From Eledone cirrhosa (lineage: Eukaryota): DNA of 64,000 nt. This document shows, in pieces, positions 1 to 12,039 of the stretch (its first letter is position 1; the number at the start of each line of letters is the position of its first letter). The DNA lies in NCBI GenBank assembly GCA_964016885.1, contig OZ024742.1, positions 206,708,001 through 206,772,000 on the forward strand, in the 5' to 3' direction. The notes beneath the pieces were generated by a model, which was not told the DNA's origin, made no database searches, and was given only the letters and a program-made list of their open reading frames with translations. The position numbers were made by a program, and so were the translations under genes.

Positions 1-1341
1 GTAACAGAATCCAGGTACCAACAGGTGAGATGATAAAGGAAATTGACACTGAAGAAGGATACAAATATTTAGGTGTTCTGGAGGCAGATGACATCAAGAA
101 CACAAAAATGAAGGAATTGATAAGATCTGAGTACATTAGGAGAGTAAGTAGCATATTAAAATCACATCTAAATAGTAGGATTGTGCAGTGAATTCCCGAG
201 CTGTGTCTATTATTAGGTACAATGCTGGAATTATGAAATGGAATGTTGCTGAACAAAAATAAATGGATAGGAAAAGTAGGAAGCTATTGACTAGCTACAA
301 CATGTTCCACAAGAGAAGTGATGTCAATAGACTCTACTTAAGGAGATCTGAGGGTGGAAGAGGTCTTATCAGCATAGAGGACTGTGTTCAGAAGGAGAAA
401 AACAACCTGCACAAATACGGGACTGACAGTAGGGTGCCAATGCTCAGAATTCTACTGAAGGAGAGGACAATAGACCAGGAGATGTCCTAGGATGAAATAG
501 CAGCAAGGAGGAAGAGCAACCTTCATGAAAAATCCCTTCATAGTACCTTCTTTGAGAAAACTGAATTTAGAGATCCACAGACATGGAACTGGTTAAAAAG
601 AGGAGACCTTAAAAAGGCTACAGAAGAAATGCTAATGGCTGTGCAAGAGCAGGCCCTCAGAACAAAGTGGGTGAAACACCATATTTACAAGGAGGAGGCT
701 AGCCCACTGTGTAGGATCTGTGGAGGGAGAGAGGAGACTGTGGCTCATATTGTATCCGAGTGTAAACACCTACTCCAGACTCACTATAAAGGCTGGAGAC
801 ATGATGTGATGGGCAGGGTGATCCACTGTAAACAATTTACCACATTCGGAGAAGTGGTATGAACATAAGCCAGAGTCGGTGATAGAAAACGATCAAGTGA
901 AGGTGCTGTGGGATTTTAGGATACAGACCGACAAGAAATTAGAATACAATAGGCCTGACCTGGTGGTTTGGGACAAGGAAAAAAGATCATGCCTGATTGT
1001 AGATGTAGCCTGCCTATTTGATACGAGAGTGCAAGAAAAGGAGAGGGAGAAAATTAACCGATACCAGGATTTAAAGTGGGAGGTAAAAAGGATTTGGAAC
1101 TGCCATGAAGTCAGAGTCGTCCCGATTGTCATAGGTGCACTAGGTACTATCTCAAAGAGTTTCCAATGATGGTTAAAGAAAATTAGTCCTGCCCCGCTTT
1201 TTGGAACACTTCAAAAGGCATGCTTGCTGGGAACAGCAAGAACCCTCCAATACATCCTGAATATCTGAGGCTGCAGGTAGCGGCTTGATATTCATTTCAA
1301 CAAACTTTCCAGTTAAATAACATCAATGACTGAGACTCAAA
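1..1341 (+). mobile_element. R4/Dong-clade non-LTR retrotransposon, 3' part (RT thumb, CCHC finger, restriction-like endonuclease), disrupted
   Basis: ORF pieces give YKYLG, RLYLRRSEGGRGL, CRICGGREETVAHIVSEC, RHD and RPDLVVWD..IVDVA..KINRYQDL (PD-D-K nuclease); stops and frameshifts present; short 3'UTR then (TAA)n. Confidence 0.85.
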
Positions 1342-1425
1342 GAATAATAATAATAATAATAATAATAGTAATAATAATAATAATAAGAAGAAGAAGAAGA
1401 ATAAAAAGAAAAAGAAGAAGAAGAA
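1342..1425 (+). repeat. (TAA)n then (GAA)n microsatellite, tail or target of the Dong element
   Basis: aataataat... directly after the element 3' end. Confidence 0.9.
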
Positions 1426-2442
1426 TCGTCTTTGTTTAATGATAATGATTTTTCTGCTTTGGTGGTAAAACATTTTTTTTCTTTTTCCTGTATGAGATTT
1501 AAGTGATTTCATTAGCATCAGCTTTACATTTGAATGTTGTGTAGAAAACTTTTTACCCAAGGATGAGGGCATCTGTACTTCTGCAGTAGAGGCTCTCTTG
1601 TTTACTTGGATAAATGGGCAAATTAAACTCATTCTGAGAGTGACAGTTGTGTTACTGCATTTATCACTAGTGGTGTGCACTGAAGGTTGGCGTTTAGGAT
1701 GAATAAAGATATAGCTACTACTGCTGTTATGTTGATGTATTTGCTTCCTATGGAATGAGTGTGAGGGATAATGTTCGTACAGCAGTATGGTAGTTATGTT
1801 CTGGGGAATTGTAGATGCGTCTGGGTGTTTTGAATGACTGAACATGTAATGGGTTGTAGGGAACTGTCTGGTTGGAGCTTGCTGCAGTAATAAACCTTAT
1901 CTCCCATATGTCCAGATGGTCTTTCATTTTGAGTATTTTTATTTTGTAGTCTAGATTGTCTGTGGGAGGGGCCTGTAATGAACTATTTTATGTTCTTTTG
2001 CTATCTGTTGGAAAGAGTTAAATGGCTTAGCATGACTAGCATAATCTATGATAGATCATATATATTTTTTGTGTACCAGAATTATTTTTTCTTTCTGTTA
2101 ACCAAACATGGTGCCTGTGAATACTCTAAGTAGGTTTGAGTGTTGTTTTACATAAAACAATATCCTCTATGGTTTCACTCAAACAGATAAATCAACAGTA
2201 TGTGGACTCTTTTGTATTACACAGAAAAGGATGTAAAAATTCATCACACAACAGCATAAACTGTTCTTGATTGTCCCACTGTCCTCTGTAAGTCATTACT
2301 ATCAGATGATCATAAGATAAGCTTCTTCCATACTGCTGTGGAATCAGTGCTGTTATATGGGTCCATTGCTTCACCACTCATAAAATCCCTGAAGGCAAAG
2401 CTTTCATTGTATGTTATGAGCTATTATTCTAAAAATCTTTTA

Positions 2443-2602
2443 GGTAGAGGGTTGGACACCATGCTTTCCAGCATAGTTACGTCCCTTTACGGTCTGAGTT
2501 CAAATCCCGCCGAGGTCAACTTTGCCTTTCATCCTTATGGGGTCGATAAAATAAATTGCACTGGGATAATTGCTGGCCTTGTGCCAAAAGTAGAAACAAT
2601 TA
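2443..2602 (+). mobile_element. SINE family 1 (tRNA-derived, Meta-domain-like core), partial copy
   Basis: B box GAGTTCAAATCCC, core AACTTTGCCTTTCATCCTTAYGGGGTCGATAAAATAAA, tail GTAGAAACAATTATT; about 17 copies in the window. Confidence 0.8.
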
Positions 2603-4457
2603 TTAGAGAGATGCATGTATTTTGCAGGAAAGTACTGGAGAGCAAAGGAAGAACATATTAGTGATGTACTCCTATGGACACAATAGCATGGGTCAGCTCT
2701 CTTGCAAAATCCTTCATCAACCAGTTCTGTATGAACATGGGATGTTCCCCTGATGATTCATGTATACTATGTACTATATAATTATAGTATTTAGGTGTGT
2801 GAAAAAGAAAACATTGTCAGAAAAGAAGTTATAACTATTCCAAGGTGAAATATTACCATCACTTACTTGGATGGTAGATTTAATCCCTTACCTAGTATAA
2901 TACCAGCAGCCTGGCACTTGGATGATTTTAGCAGAACATTTAGGCCAGGTCTCCAGTTTGATGATACCTTCCTCGTTCTAACCTACCAACTAACCTTAAG
3001 GTCCCTGAAAAAAAAAAAAAAAAATTGTCAGCACTGCCTTTCCTACCTGACTAAGAGATGAACAATTATACATGAGTTTTGTGCTGGCTTGTTTCTACAT
3101 TTTCGATGTTTTTAGTGTCTGTTTTTGTACAGAAACATTATCTTGAAAATGTTTTTCACTCAGCGTTTATTTATGTGCTTTTGTGATGAGTTGTTTTGGG
3201 GACTAAATTTTAAAATATATATTTTTCATTTTAAAGATCATAATTTGGTAATGATTTGACAGCTATTTCTAGGGAAAGCATTTAGAGGTTCCCATATTGG
3301 CTTGTTGAATATATGTTGCTAGTGATGTTATGTTGAAGTATATGTGTTTGTAGTGGTACGGGTATGTTATGTTAAACAGTGTCTGTAGTGTTGGATGTGT
3401 TGTGTTGAAGAGTTGTGTTGTCGGTAGTGCTGTGTGTGTGATATGCTGAAGAATATGTATGTGTGGTGTTACATGTATGTGTTTGTATTTCTCAGTATAT
3501 ATGATGTTGAAATGTATGCTTCTAAATACTGTGTGTGTATGTGAGTATGGTTCAAATATGTAAAATACAACATTCTCCTATATAGGAGAAAAACAAAGGG
3601 GAATTTCCTGCAAAAGAAATTAGATCAGCCTTATGGCAGAAAGAGTTAGATGAAAGAGATAAGATGTGTTTGGGAGATGAAACAAAGGATGAAAGAAAAA
3701 GGAAGGTTAAAGTGTATGAAAGTGAGAGAAATGTTTTGACTAAGAGGGAATAAGTGTTACTCAATACATACACATATACACATAAAGAAAATATGCATAC
3801 AAGAATATGTGAACATGGGTGCATATACATACATACACATATATGTGTGTGTGTGTATGTGTGTTTATATAGTATTGTGGTGAAAAATCAGAAGGTTTAT
3901 ATCTAAAGTAGGTAGAGCACTTAGTGCAAAGAAGGAGTTTAGTAGAGAATTAATTCCACAACAATTACCAAACAATACTTGAGGACACGTATTTCCCCTA
4001 AATAGGATTTTTAATCCATGTATTGTTTTAATGAGAATGGAAGTATTATTGAACTGGATGGATTCTGCACAGAAGAGATTGGTTTTCATTTCCATAACAA
4101 GGGAGGTAACTCTAATTAGACTGTAGTAGGTTAGGTAGTGTACAATTGTTTGTGTTTATCCATTTTATTTGAGAATTAACAATGTATATTTAATAAAAGG
4201 GGATGTTATCTTATATTTCATCTATCATATCAGATTCTATTGACATATTATAACATATGATTTCAAGCTATAAGACTTAGTAATCCATCCTAAGTAAATT
4301 ATATCAATTCATACAGTGCATAATAAAATAGGATGTGCTATAGAATGAAAACATGATGTGTTAGGAGTAAGTGGATGCCGTATTTGAAATCAGCACCTCA
4401 AAATTAGCTAAAAACAACCACAAAACCTAACTCAGTTAACAGCGTGTTGACCAGTGA

Positions 4458-4642
4458 ATTGGCAGTATCGGTAGAGAGTCGGACACCATGCTTTGCAGCA
4501 TAGAGTTATGGTCCTTTATGGTCTGAGTTCAAATCCTGCCAAGGTTAACTTTGCCTTTCATCCTTAAGGGGTCGATAAAATAAAGTACCAGTAATGCACT
4601 GGGTAATTGCTGGCCTTGTGCCAAAAAAGTAGAAACAATTAT
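4458..4642 (+). mobile_element. SINE family 1 copy
   Basis: Same consensus, ATTGGCAGTATCGGTAGAG to GTAGAAACAATT. Confidence 0.85.
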
Positions 4643-4825
4643 GAATAGTAGTAGTTGAGAAAATAGGGAAAATAACCGTGGAGATGGAAAGCAGTGGACA
4701 GAGGTAACTTACAGCTGCCTCCAGTCGCTTTTATATGTGGCAGTGTAAGTATCAGTCACTACGAACATTTTCACATTGATATTGTTTAAAGCTAGTGGTG
4801 ATATTCTTTCTATCACTCATAAGCA

Positions 4826-5007
4826 ATTGGCAGTATCGGTAGAGGGTTGGACGCCATGCTTTCTAGCATAGTTACGTCCCTTTACAGTCTGCGTTCAAAT
4901 CCCGCTGAGGTTAACTTTGCCTTTCATCCTTACGGGGTCGATAAAATAAAGTACCAGTAATGTACTGGGAAATTGCTGGCCTTGTGCCTAAAGTAGAAAC
5001 AATTATT
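4826..5007 (+). mobile_element. SINE family 1 copy
   Basis: Same consensus. Confidence 0.85.
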
Positions 5008-5224
5008 GTTTTTTATAAATGTTAGCTGTATATACCATAATTAGAATAAAATTTAGGATTGGTGTAAGGAATGACATAAAAAACTGCCCCAGAAAATATC
5101 ATTGAAGTCGCTATGGTATAGCTTGCTGACAGTTATGCTTATACTCACATACACTCAATCAAGATACACAGATGTGTATTGAGCAAAGGACTGATAACTG
5201 CAGTGTCTAACCATGCTCTTTACA

Positions 5225-5256
<32 letters not shown>

Positions 5257-5503
5257 CATCATCATCACTGTCCATTTTTCCATGATGGCATGGGTTAGAC
5301 AAGTTATCCTGTTATGAGCAATGTTAGGTCAGGTGACCCTGTTATGCTCATACAGAACTGATTTGAGTCTGGTTTCTACAGCCCTTCCTAGCACCAACCT
5401 CATTTACTGTAAGTACTGGGTGCTTTTTGTCATGCTGCCTACATGACCACTTTAAAGTGTGAACTGGGTGCCTTTTGCCATGACACCTACATGGCCACTT
5501 TGC

Positions 5504-5549
<46 letters not shown>

Positions 5550-6580
5550 GTATGTGTGTAACTACAGTCACAGGCGGTTTGCTGTTCTAAGCACTTGATG
5601 CTGTTACATGGTCTGTCTCATGTTGGGTTTGCACACATATCATCGTATATCTGATGAGATGTCATGTCGTGGAAGAGTTGGATCCTGGTCATTATGATTG
5701 TACCCTGAGCTGATCTATATTAAAGTTTATATATATGCTGCAACAGTGACTTTGATCCCTCTTACTTTTATATATATGTGTGTGTGTGTGTGATGTGTTT
5801 ATGTATTCATATATCTAGATCAACATCATCATTTAATGTTTTCCCTGCTAGCAAGGTTATAGGTGTGTGTGTGTGTGTGTGTGTGTAGGCGGGGGGGGGG
5901 GGATCATCATTGCCATTTTATTTTCTGTTTTCCCATGCGTTATTTAAGAGAGAAGGGGGAGACAGTGGAAGAGGAGAGTGAGTGGGAAGAAAGAGGGAGA
6001 GAGGGAGTTATAATGAAAGAGGGGGAGAAAGAGGAGGAGAGGGAGAGAGATGTGGAGGGGTGGTGGAGAGACAGTGAAAGATTGTGGGCGAGGGGGGGGG
6101 GGAGGGAGAGAGAGTGAAAGAGAGGAAGAGAGAGGTAGAAGTATTGGGGAGAAATCAGTACATAAAGAGAATAATTAATTGACTGTAGCAGAAACTCTCT
6201 TTTTCCAGATAATATATGAAGGTTTCACTAACAGAGAAAAATGAAGAACTTGAATCATGAATTCCTAATGTCATTATTCAGTTTTGGAACATATGAAATG
6301 GTAAATATGATTTGTTTTGAACTAAGTGAATCCATTTATTCTGCATTCAGAAATAGAAATCATCGCCTCCCCATTTTCAACCTGTCTAGTTAGACCCTAT
6401 CACCCAACCAGTCACAAATATCAGATCTTCAGAATTTCTTAAGAAAACATTTACTGCTTTACTGCATCAAATTAATTTTGGCTTTGCTTCCACTATTTAT
6501 GTATAAATAAATAAATAGATAAACCATCATCATCATTTTAATGTCCATTTTCCCTGCTAGCAAGGGTTGGATGGAAATAA

Positions 6581-6618
<38 letters not shown>

Positions 6619-6671
6619 CGGTGATGAATTATTTTTGCGAGGTTTTTGATATGAAATCGTGTGTCGAAACA

Positions 6672-7182
6672 AATATTGTTATACTTGGGGAGGGTCATAT
6701 TTGTGTAATATTGCCAGAATTAATAACAGAACACACTCACTGTTTGGTTGGTTTTCGCTTTTCTCTTCTGTGTCTTTTATATCGGTAATCTAATTTATTC
6801 GGTCCTCAATGTTGCCATTGACTGACCAACGGTCAAAAATACAGATACAATATAGACACAAACACATATATATATAGTTTATCAAAGTTCTTTCGTTGCA
6901 CATCTGCAACATCGTCAGTGGTGCTATTGTTTCCTCCCGTTGCATTGTATTTTCTACGCCATCTTTATTTAGTCTATTTATATATTTATTTGTTTATTTT
7001 ATTTTGTCTTCTTTGCGCATGCGTTTGCGTGTGTGTATAGTCAATGGCAACATCAAGGACCGAATAAATTAGATTACCAATATAAAAGACACAAAAGCGA
7101 AAACCAACCAAACAGTGAGTGTGTTCTGTTATTAATTCTGGCAATATTACACAAATATGACCCTCCCCAAGTATAACAATAT
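6672..7182. mobile_element. Penelope-like pseudo-LTR fragments in inverted arrangement
   Basis: About 150 bp arms (6672-6823, 7039-7182) are reverse complements, match the 3' end of the PLE at 41240-41645, lie in (TA)n and enclose an HHR. Confidence 0.7.
6881..6922 (-). ncRNA. Minimal type I hammerhead ribozyme
   Basis: Minus strand: acca CTGACGA t GTTGCA gatg TGCAAC GAAA gaac TT tgat; intact core, 6 bp stem II. Confidence 0.8.
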
Positions 7183-7353
7183 ATATATATATATTTATAT
7201 ATATATACACACAAATATTCGAGGTCAGTAGGTAATCCGCTGGGTGGGCAAGATGGTAAAATAGAGCAGTCACAAGGCGTAGGTAAATATCCAGATTCAA
7301 AATACAAAGATTGCCGCTTTTCTCTTTCTCCCTTGTAATCTTGTCTCTATTTG

Positions 7354-7390
7354 TACTCCTGAATGAGGGCTTAAGCCCAACACGTTGAAC
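7354..7390 (+). ncRNA. Decayed hammerhead ribozyme
   Basis: tactc CTGAATGA GGGC ttaa GCCC AACA cgtt gaac; stem II intact, both core boxes mutated. Confidence 0.5.
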
Positions 7391-7944
7391 TTCTTTCCTC
7401 TTTCCAGTATAAAGTGTGAAACTAATAAGACTTTTTTTACCCCCTGTTTGTTGTCTCCTTGAATTATATATATATAGGTTATTATGTAACTTGTGGTTAC
7501 GAGTGGTGACACTGGTCGAAGCACTTGATGCTGTTATGGGGTCCATCTCTCATTGGGTTGTGTTCCATGTTTAAGACAGCTGTAGTTTGCAGAGTATATA
7601 TATAGAGTGACAATAAGAAGTCAGATTTGCAGCTTATGAAACTTTATTGCATATTACAACTCTTTTGATATCAACACCTCTTCAGATATACAAGTTTACA
7701 TGGGTGGTTCCATCCAAGTTTGAATGGGACCACCCATGTAAAATTGCATAGCTGAAGAATGTTGATTAAGAGTCAGGATCCAATCGCCTGATCAAACCTA
7801 ACCTGATAATATCGAAAAGTTTTATAACAAGCTGCAAATCTGACTTCTTATTCTCTCTCTTTCTATATATATATACACCAGGTGGTGCTATTAAGTTCAA
7901 CATGACCTTTCAAAGTTATCAAATTTAAGTTATATCATCATCAT

Positions 7945-8125
7945 TTTACATCTGCTTTTCCCTGCTTACATCTGCTTTTCCATTTTCATCACAGCATCTC
8001 TGCATTCATCATGGTCCTTCGTCATCTCCTCTGTGAGCTTCAGTGATCTGAGATCAGCTCTCACCACCTCCGCCCATGATTTTTGTGGTCTTCTTCTACT
8101 GCATCTTCCTTCCACTGGGATATGG
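7945..8125 (-). mobile_element. RTE LINE 3' end fragment
   Basis: IPVEGRCSRRRPQKSWAEVVRADL matches the RTE C-terminus at 23261-23485; (ATG)n tail. Confidence 0.75.
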
Positions 8126-8664
8126 TTTGAAGGTATAATCAAGTGAACATGTCTCAGAGTGCTAACAAAATATATATTCATAATGTGGCAGTTCCACGTG
8201 GTTATCCGGAGCTCAAGGTTTCTGTTAATGTAATTACTTTCGATAAGTGCAATTTTCAAATTGCCAAATACAGTGGCTGCACAGTGCAAGCCAAACTGCA
8301 GACTCTTCATTAGTGCACTCGATAATTATAGCGAGAGACTGAAGCCATCTATCCAGACTGGGCGTGAAGGAATAATTGCTACTATAAGGTAGTCGACAGC
8401 AATTAGTGATGTCACGCGTGGAAGAATGACTCCTCACTTGTCATTGAACTGTGTTAAAAGTGGCAACAATTCAAAATAAGATATATTTGGAATTTATTGT
8501 CAAATTTAGATCTCAATCAGTTGGAATTGCAAAGAAATATAAAGGTAAAAAGTATGATAAATTTTACCATTTACTCACATTTTTTATTTTTCTGGGAATA
8601 TATATATATATTATGAAGAGTCGGGGTCTCAACTCTTTGTAATATAACCATAGTCTATAATAAT

Positions 8665-8833
8665 AATTGTTTCTACTTTAGGCACAAGGCCAGCAATTAC
8701 CCAGTGCATTACTGGTACTTTATTTGATCGAACCCGTAAGGATGAAAGGCAAAGTCAACCTCGGCGGGATTTGAACTCAGATCGTTTAAATCCCACCGAG
8801 GTTGACTTTGCCTTTCATCCTTACGGGGTCGAT
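8665..8833 (-). mobile_element. SINE family 1 copy with inverted 5' segment and 16 bp target-site duplication
   Basis: Minus copy 8665-8781 plus plus-strand piece 8785-8833; CATAGTCTATAATAAT at 8649-8664 and 8834-8849. Confidence 0.8.
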
Positions 8834-8849
8834 CATAGTCTATAATAAT

Positions 8850-11135
8850 GAAATTATTGTGTACAGGCTCAGGTGCACTACAACTCATCAAAGGTGTATG
8901 TATAGTATATAGAATAATGTACAAATGTCAGGAAAGTGAACAGCGTATGAGTCATGATATACATGTGTGCGCGTGTATGGAGGGGGATATCAGGTGTAGT
9001 GTTGGCGAATTTCAGGAAGCATGGACGCTTTAAACGATGCAGTGTCCCAACAGCTAACAACTAATGCAGGTAGTTTGTTCCATGCTTCAGCAACTCTGAG
9101 CATGAAAAAATGTTTCCAAAAGTCATGGGAGCTGTGCTGTTTTTTGACTTTGTTGGCATGCCCAAATGTGTTAGACACATGGAATTCAAAAGGGTTTTGA
9201 GGGTTGTTGTTGGCATGGCCTTCAGAGTATGGTAGATGCCTGATGGAGGGTATTCGCTTGGTTACACTGTCTCTGAACAGTTTCCAGGAGGTTAATATTC
9301 TGAGAAAGATAGGAGTTCCAGACTGGTGATGCAAATTCTAAGTGTGGTCACACCATAGTTATATACAGGGTTAAATAGATAGCTGGAGAGCTGCTGACAA
9401 AGGCATCCTCGCCTCTTGACAATTTTAGAGACGTGTTTCGTCCAACGCAAATCACTGCCCAGCTCACGTTCACAAGAAGACTACTTGAAATTAGTGTTGT
9501 GGAGGGTGTATGTGGATGCTGAGTTATTCCTCCCAAAATGCATGGGGATACTTGTCCACAGCCAGCTTGAGTTGCCAGTCGATGATCCATTGCTGCATTA
9601 TGTCCAGGTCTGATTGCAGGAAAGATCTATAGTGTTTGGGATCTGTCCTTTTTATCTCACGGTACAGCTTGATGTCATCTGCATATTTCAGCACTGTGGC
9701 ATTCTTTAAGTTGGCATCTATGTCATTAACATGTGCAAGAAGCAAAAGGAGACCAAGAACATGTTCCTGTGGTACATTAGATGACATCTCATAAGGTGAA
9801 GAATGTTGTCCTTGAACCATGACTACCTCTTTTTGACTGAGAATGAAGGACTTCAACCAGTTAAAAAGATCATTTCTCACACCCATTGCAGAGAGTTTTG
9901 CCATAAGTCTTTTGTGTGGCACGGAATTAAAAGCTTTAGCAAAGTCAAGGTAAACATCACCCAGATCACTGATGGCGGCTCATGGGTGGATGTTGTTTAC
10001 CTTGACACCCATGAGCCGCCATCAGTGATCTGGGTGATGACTTCAAGAAACTCAATAAGTTGATCACAGCAGCTGGAGTTAGGGATAAACCCAAATTGCG
10101 AGGGCTGGATAAGGCTGTGAGAATTCCAGAAGTTCCAGAGTGTTTCTCTGACACAGGATTCCATCAGTTTGGCAATGCAGCTAGTAAGACTGACTGGACA
10201 CTAGTTGACAGGTGATGTGCAGTGACCCATTTTGAACAGAGGAACGACACTGGCAGTTTTCCACTGCTCCGGAGTAGCGCCGTTTTTAAGACAGAATTGA
10301 AAAATGAGTGAAAGCTGGTGCAGAAGAAAGTCCCCACCACGTTTGAGAAGCAGGTACATAACACCATCAAGACCAGGAAAAGCATAGTTGTGCTTATTCT
10401 TAAGGTGATGTCGCAGCATTGCAGGTGTAAATTCCATAGTTGTTCTAGAATTTGCTGTCAGTGGTGGTGGAGATGGTACATTTTCGTTTTCAACAGTAAA
10501 AATGCCTGCATAGCATTCAGCAATGAGTCTGTGCCTTTCTTTGGGATCATGAGTAATCTGGCTTGTGCGAGGATTGTGAAGCGGACCAACTGGAGAGTGA
10601 GTCTCTGCTTTGAATGTACATATTTCCTGAACACTTTACTGTCAGGGTTGGTTGCCATGCGCTGTTCAAATTCAAGCACTGCCTTTTTTGTCACCTGCTT
10701 GAGATGGTTGAATGATTTATTGTGATTTTTTTTATTGATATCTGATTTATACAGTTTGTATTCCTGTTCAGCATAGCGATGTTATTTCCTGGCAAGTCGG
10801 ACTGCTGCAGTCTCCCAAATTTCACTTTTTGGATGTTTTTTGTGCCTACATATTACTGATGCAGGCTGAAGCTGTCCATATTGAGTTCAGGATGTTGTGA
10901 AGTATAGTGTTCACACCTCCAGAGTCGTAAAATTCAAGCCAGTTTGGGAGTTGCAGCTCGGTGCAGTAATAGTTCCAGTCTGCTTTATTCCAGTCGAAGT
11001 AAGCAGTTTGAAGATGGTTGCGGTTTTTGTTACTGGCCATAAGAGACAGATTAGCAATGATCATAGCATGATCAGAGTCACCTAAAGCTTCCTCAGTAGT
11101 GACACTAATAACCGTTTCAGGAGTAGTGGTATCAA
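8850..11135 (-). mobile_element. CR1-clade LINE, decayed ORF2 (RT) and 3'UTR
   Basis: PGLDGV, WKTASVVPLFK, YLDFAKAF, VPQ..VLGLLL, YADDIKLY, FFMLRVAEAWNKLP; many frameshifts. Confidence 0.85.
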
Positions 11136-11183
11136 TACTCTGTTGAGTAATGGTCTAATCAGTTTCAAACTGAATCCATCCTA

Positions 11184-11249
<66 letters not shown>

Positions 11250-11250
<1 letters not shown>

Positions 11251-11625
11251 TACTTTGGGAGTGTCATGTTGCCAATAAGAAACACACGCACCAGTTGCTT
11301 TCACTTCAATTTTAATTTTAATTTAATTTATTTAAAATTTCCGGTTGGCCGTTTGGTTCCACAACCAGATGGTTGTTCATATATTGTCAAAGTTCTTTCG
11401 TCACACATTCTGTGACCTCTTCAGTGACTGGGGATTCTTTTCTTTGTTTTGTGCCTCTCCTTTGTTCTGTCCTATGCCATCTTGTTTTTGTGTGTGTTGT
11501 ATGCTTAGTTAGCGCATGTGTTATATCCGGGTGTCTGTGTGTGTTTTTATTTGTTTATTTATTTACATGTTACTAGTTAGTTGTTTGTTCTATGTGTGTG
11601 TGTCTTCATTTTGTCCTTAATTATA
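11250..11625 (-). mobile_element. Penelope-like pseudo-LTR fragment in (TA)n
   Basis: End resembles the 41240-41645 family (TATACTTTGGGAGTGTCAT vs TATACTTGGGGAGGGTCAT) and contains an HHR. Confidence 0.6.
11386..11428 (-). ncRNA. Minimal type I hammerhead ribozyme
   Basis: Minus strand: gtca CTGAAGA g GTCACA gaatg TGTGAC GAAA gaac TT tgac; perfect stems I and II. Confidence 0.85.
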
Positions 11626-11629
11626 TATG

Positions 11630-11988
11630 TATGAAAAAGGTAAACAGAAATAACAACACAATTGGTACAGTATATGGAAGGGATATATTAGGTTAACGCT
11701 TGATATAGCAGGAAGAGGGTCTTAACGTTTCGGACGCTAGTCTGTCATCAGAAGAAAGAATGAGAAATAAGATAGATTGAGGGGACGGGCGGGATGGAAT
11801 TGGAAAAAATATCTTTAGATAAAAATAACAGGTCCATTCATGTTGACATCTCTTGCAAAACTGTTGGTGCTGGCGTTTTGTGTATGATTTATTTTTTAGA
11901 AAAGTGGATGATGGGGCGCGTCTACCTGAGATGGACAAAAAACCGTTTTGTAAAAAAAGCTATACTTGTGCACGTGTGTAAGCATGTG

Positions 11989-12039
<51 letters not shown>

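Noticed and set aside
1297-1845. 182 aa minus-strand ORF
   Set aside because: Runs through microsatellite and the Dong 3'UTR; no domain recognised
4380-4456. Possible Transib-like terminus (..GTTGACCAGTG)
   Set aside because: No matching second TIR found
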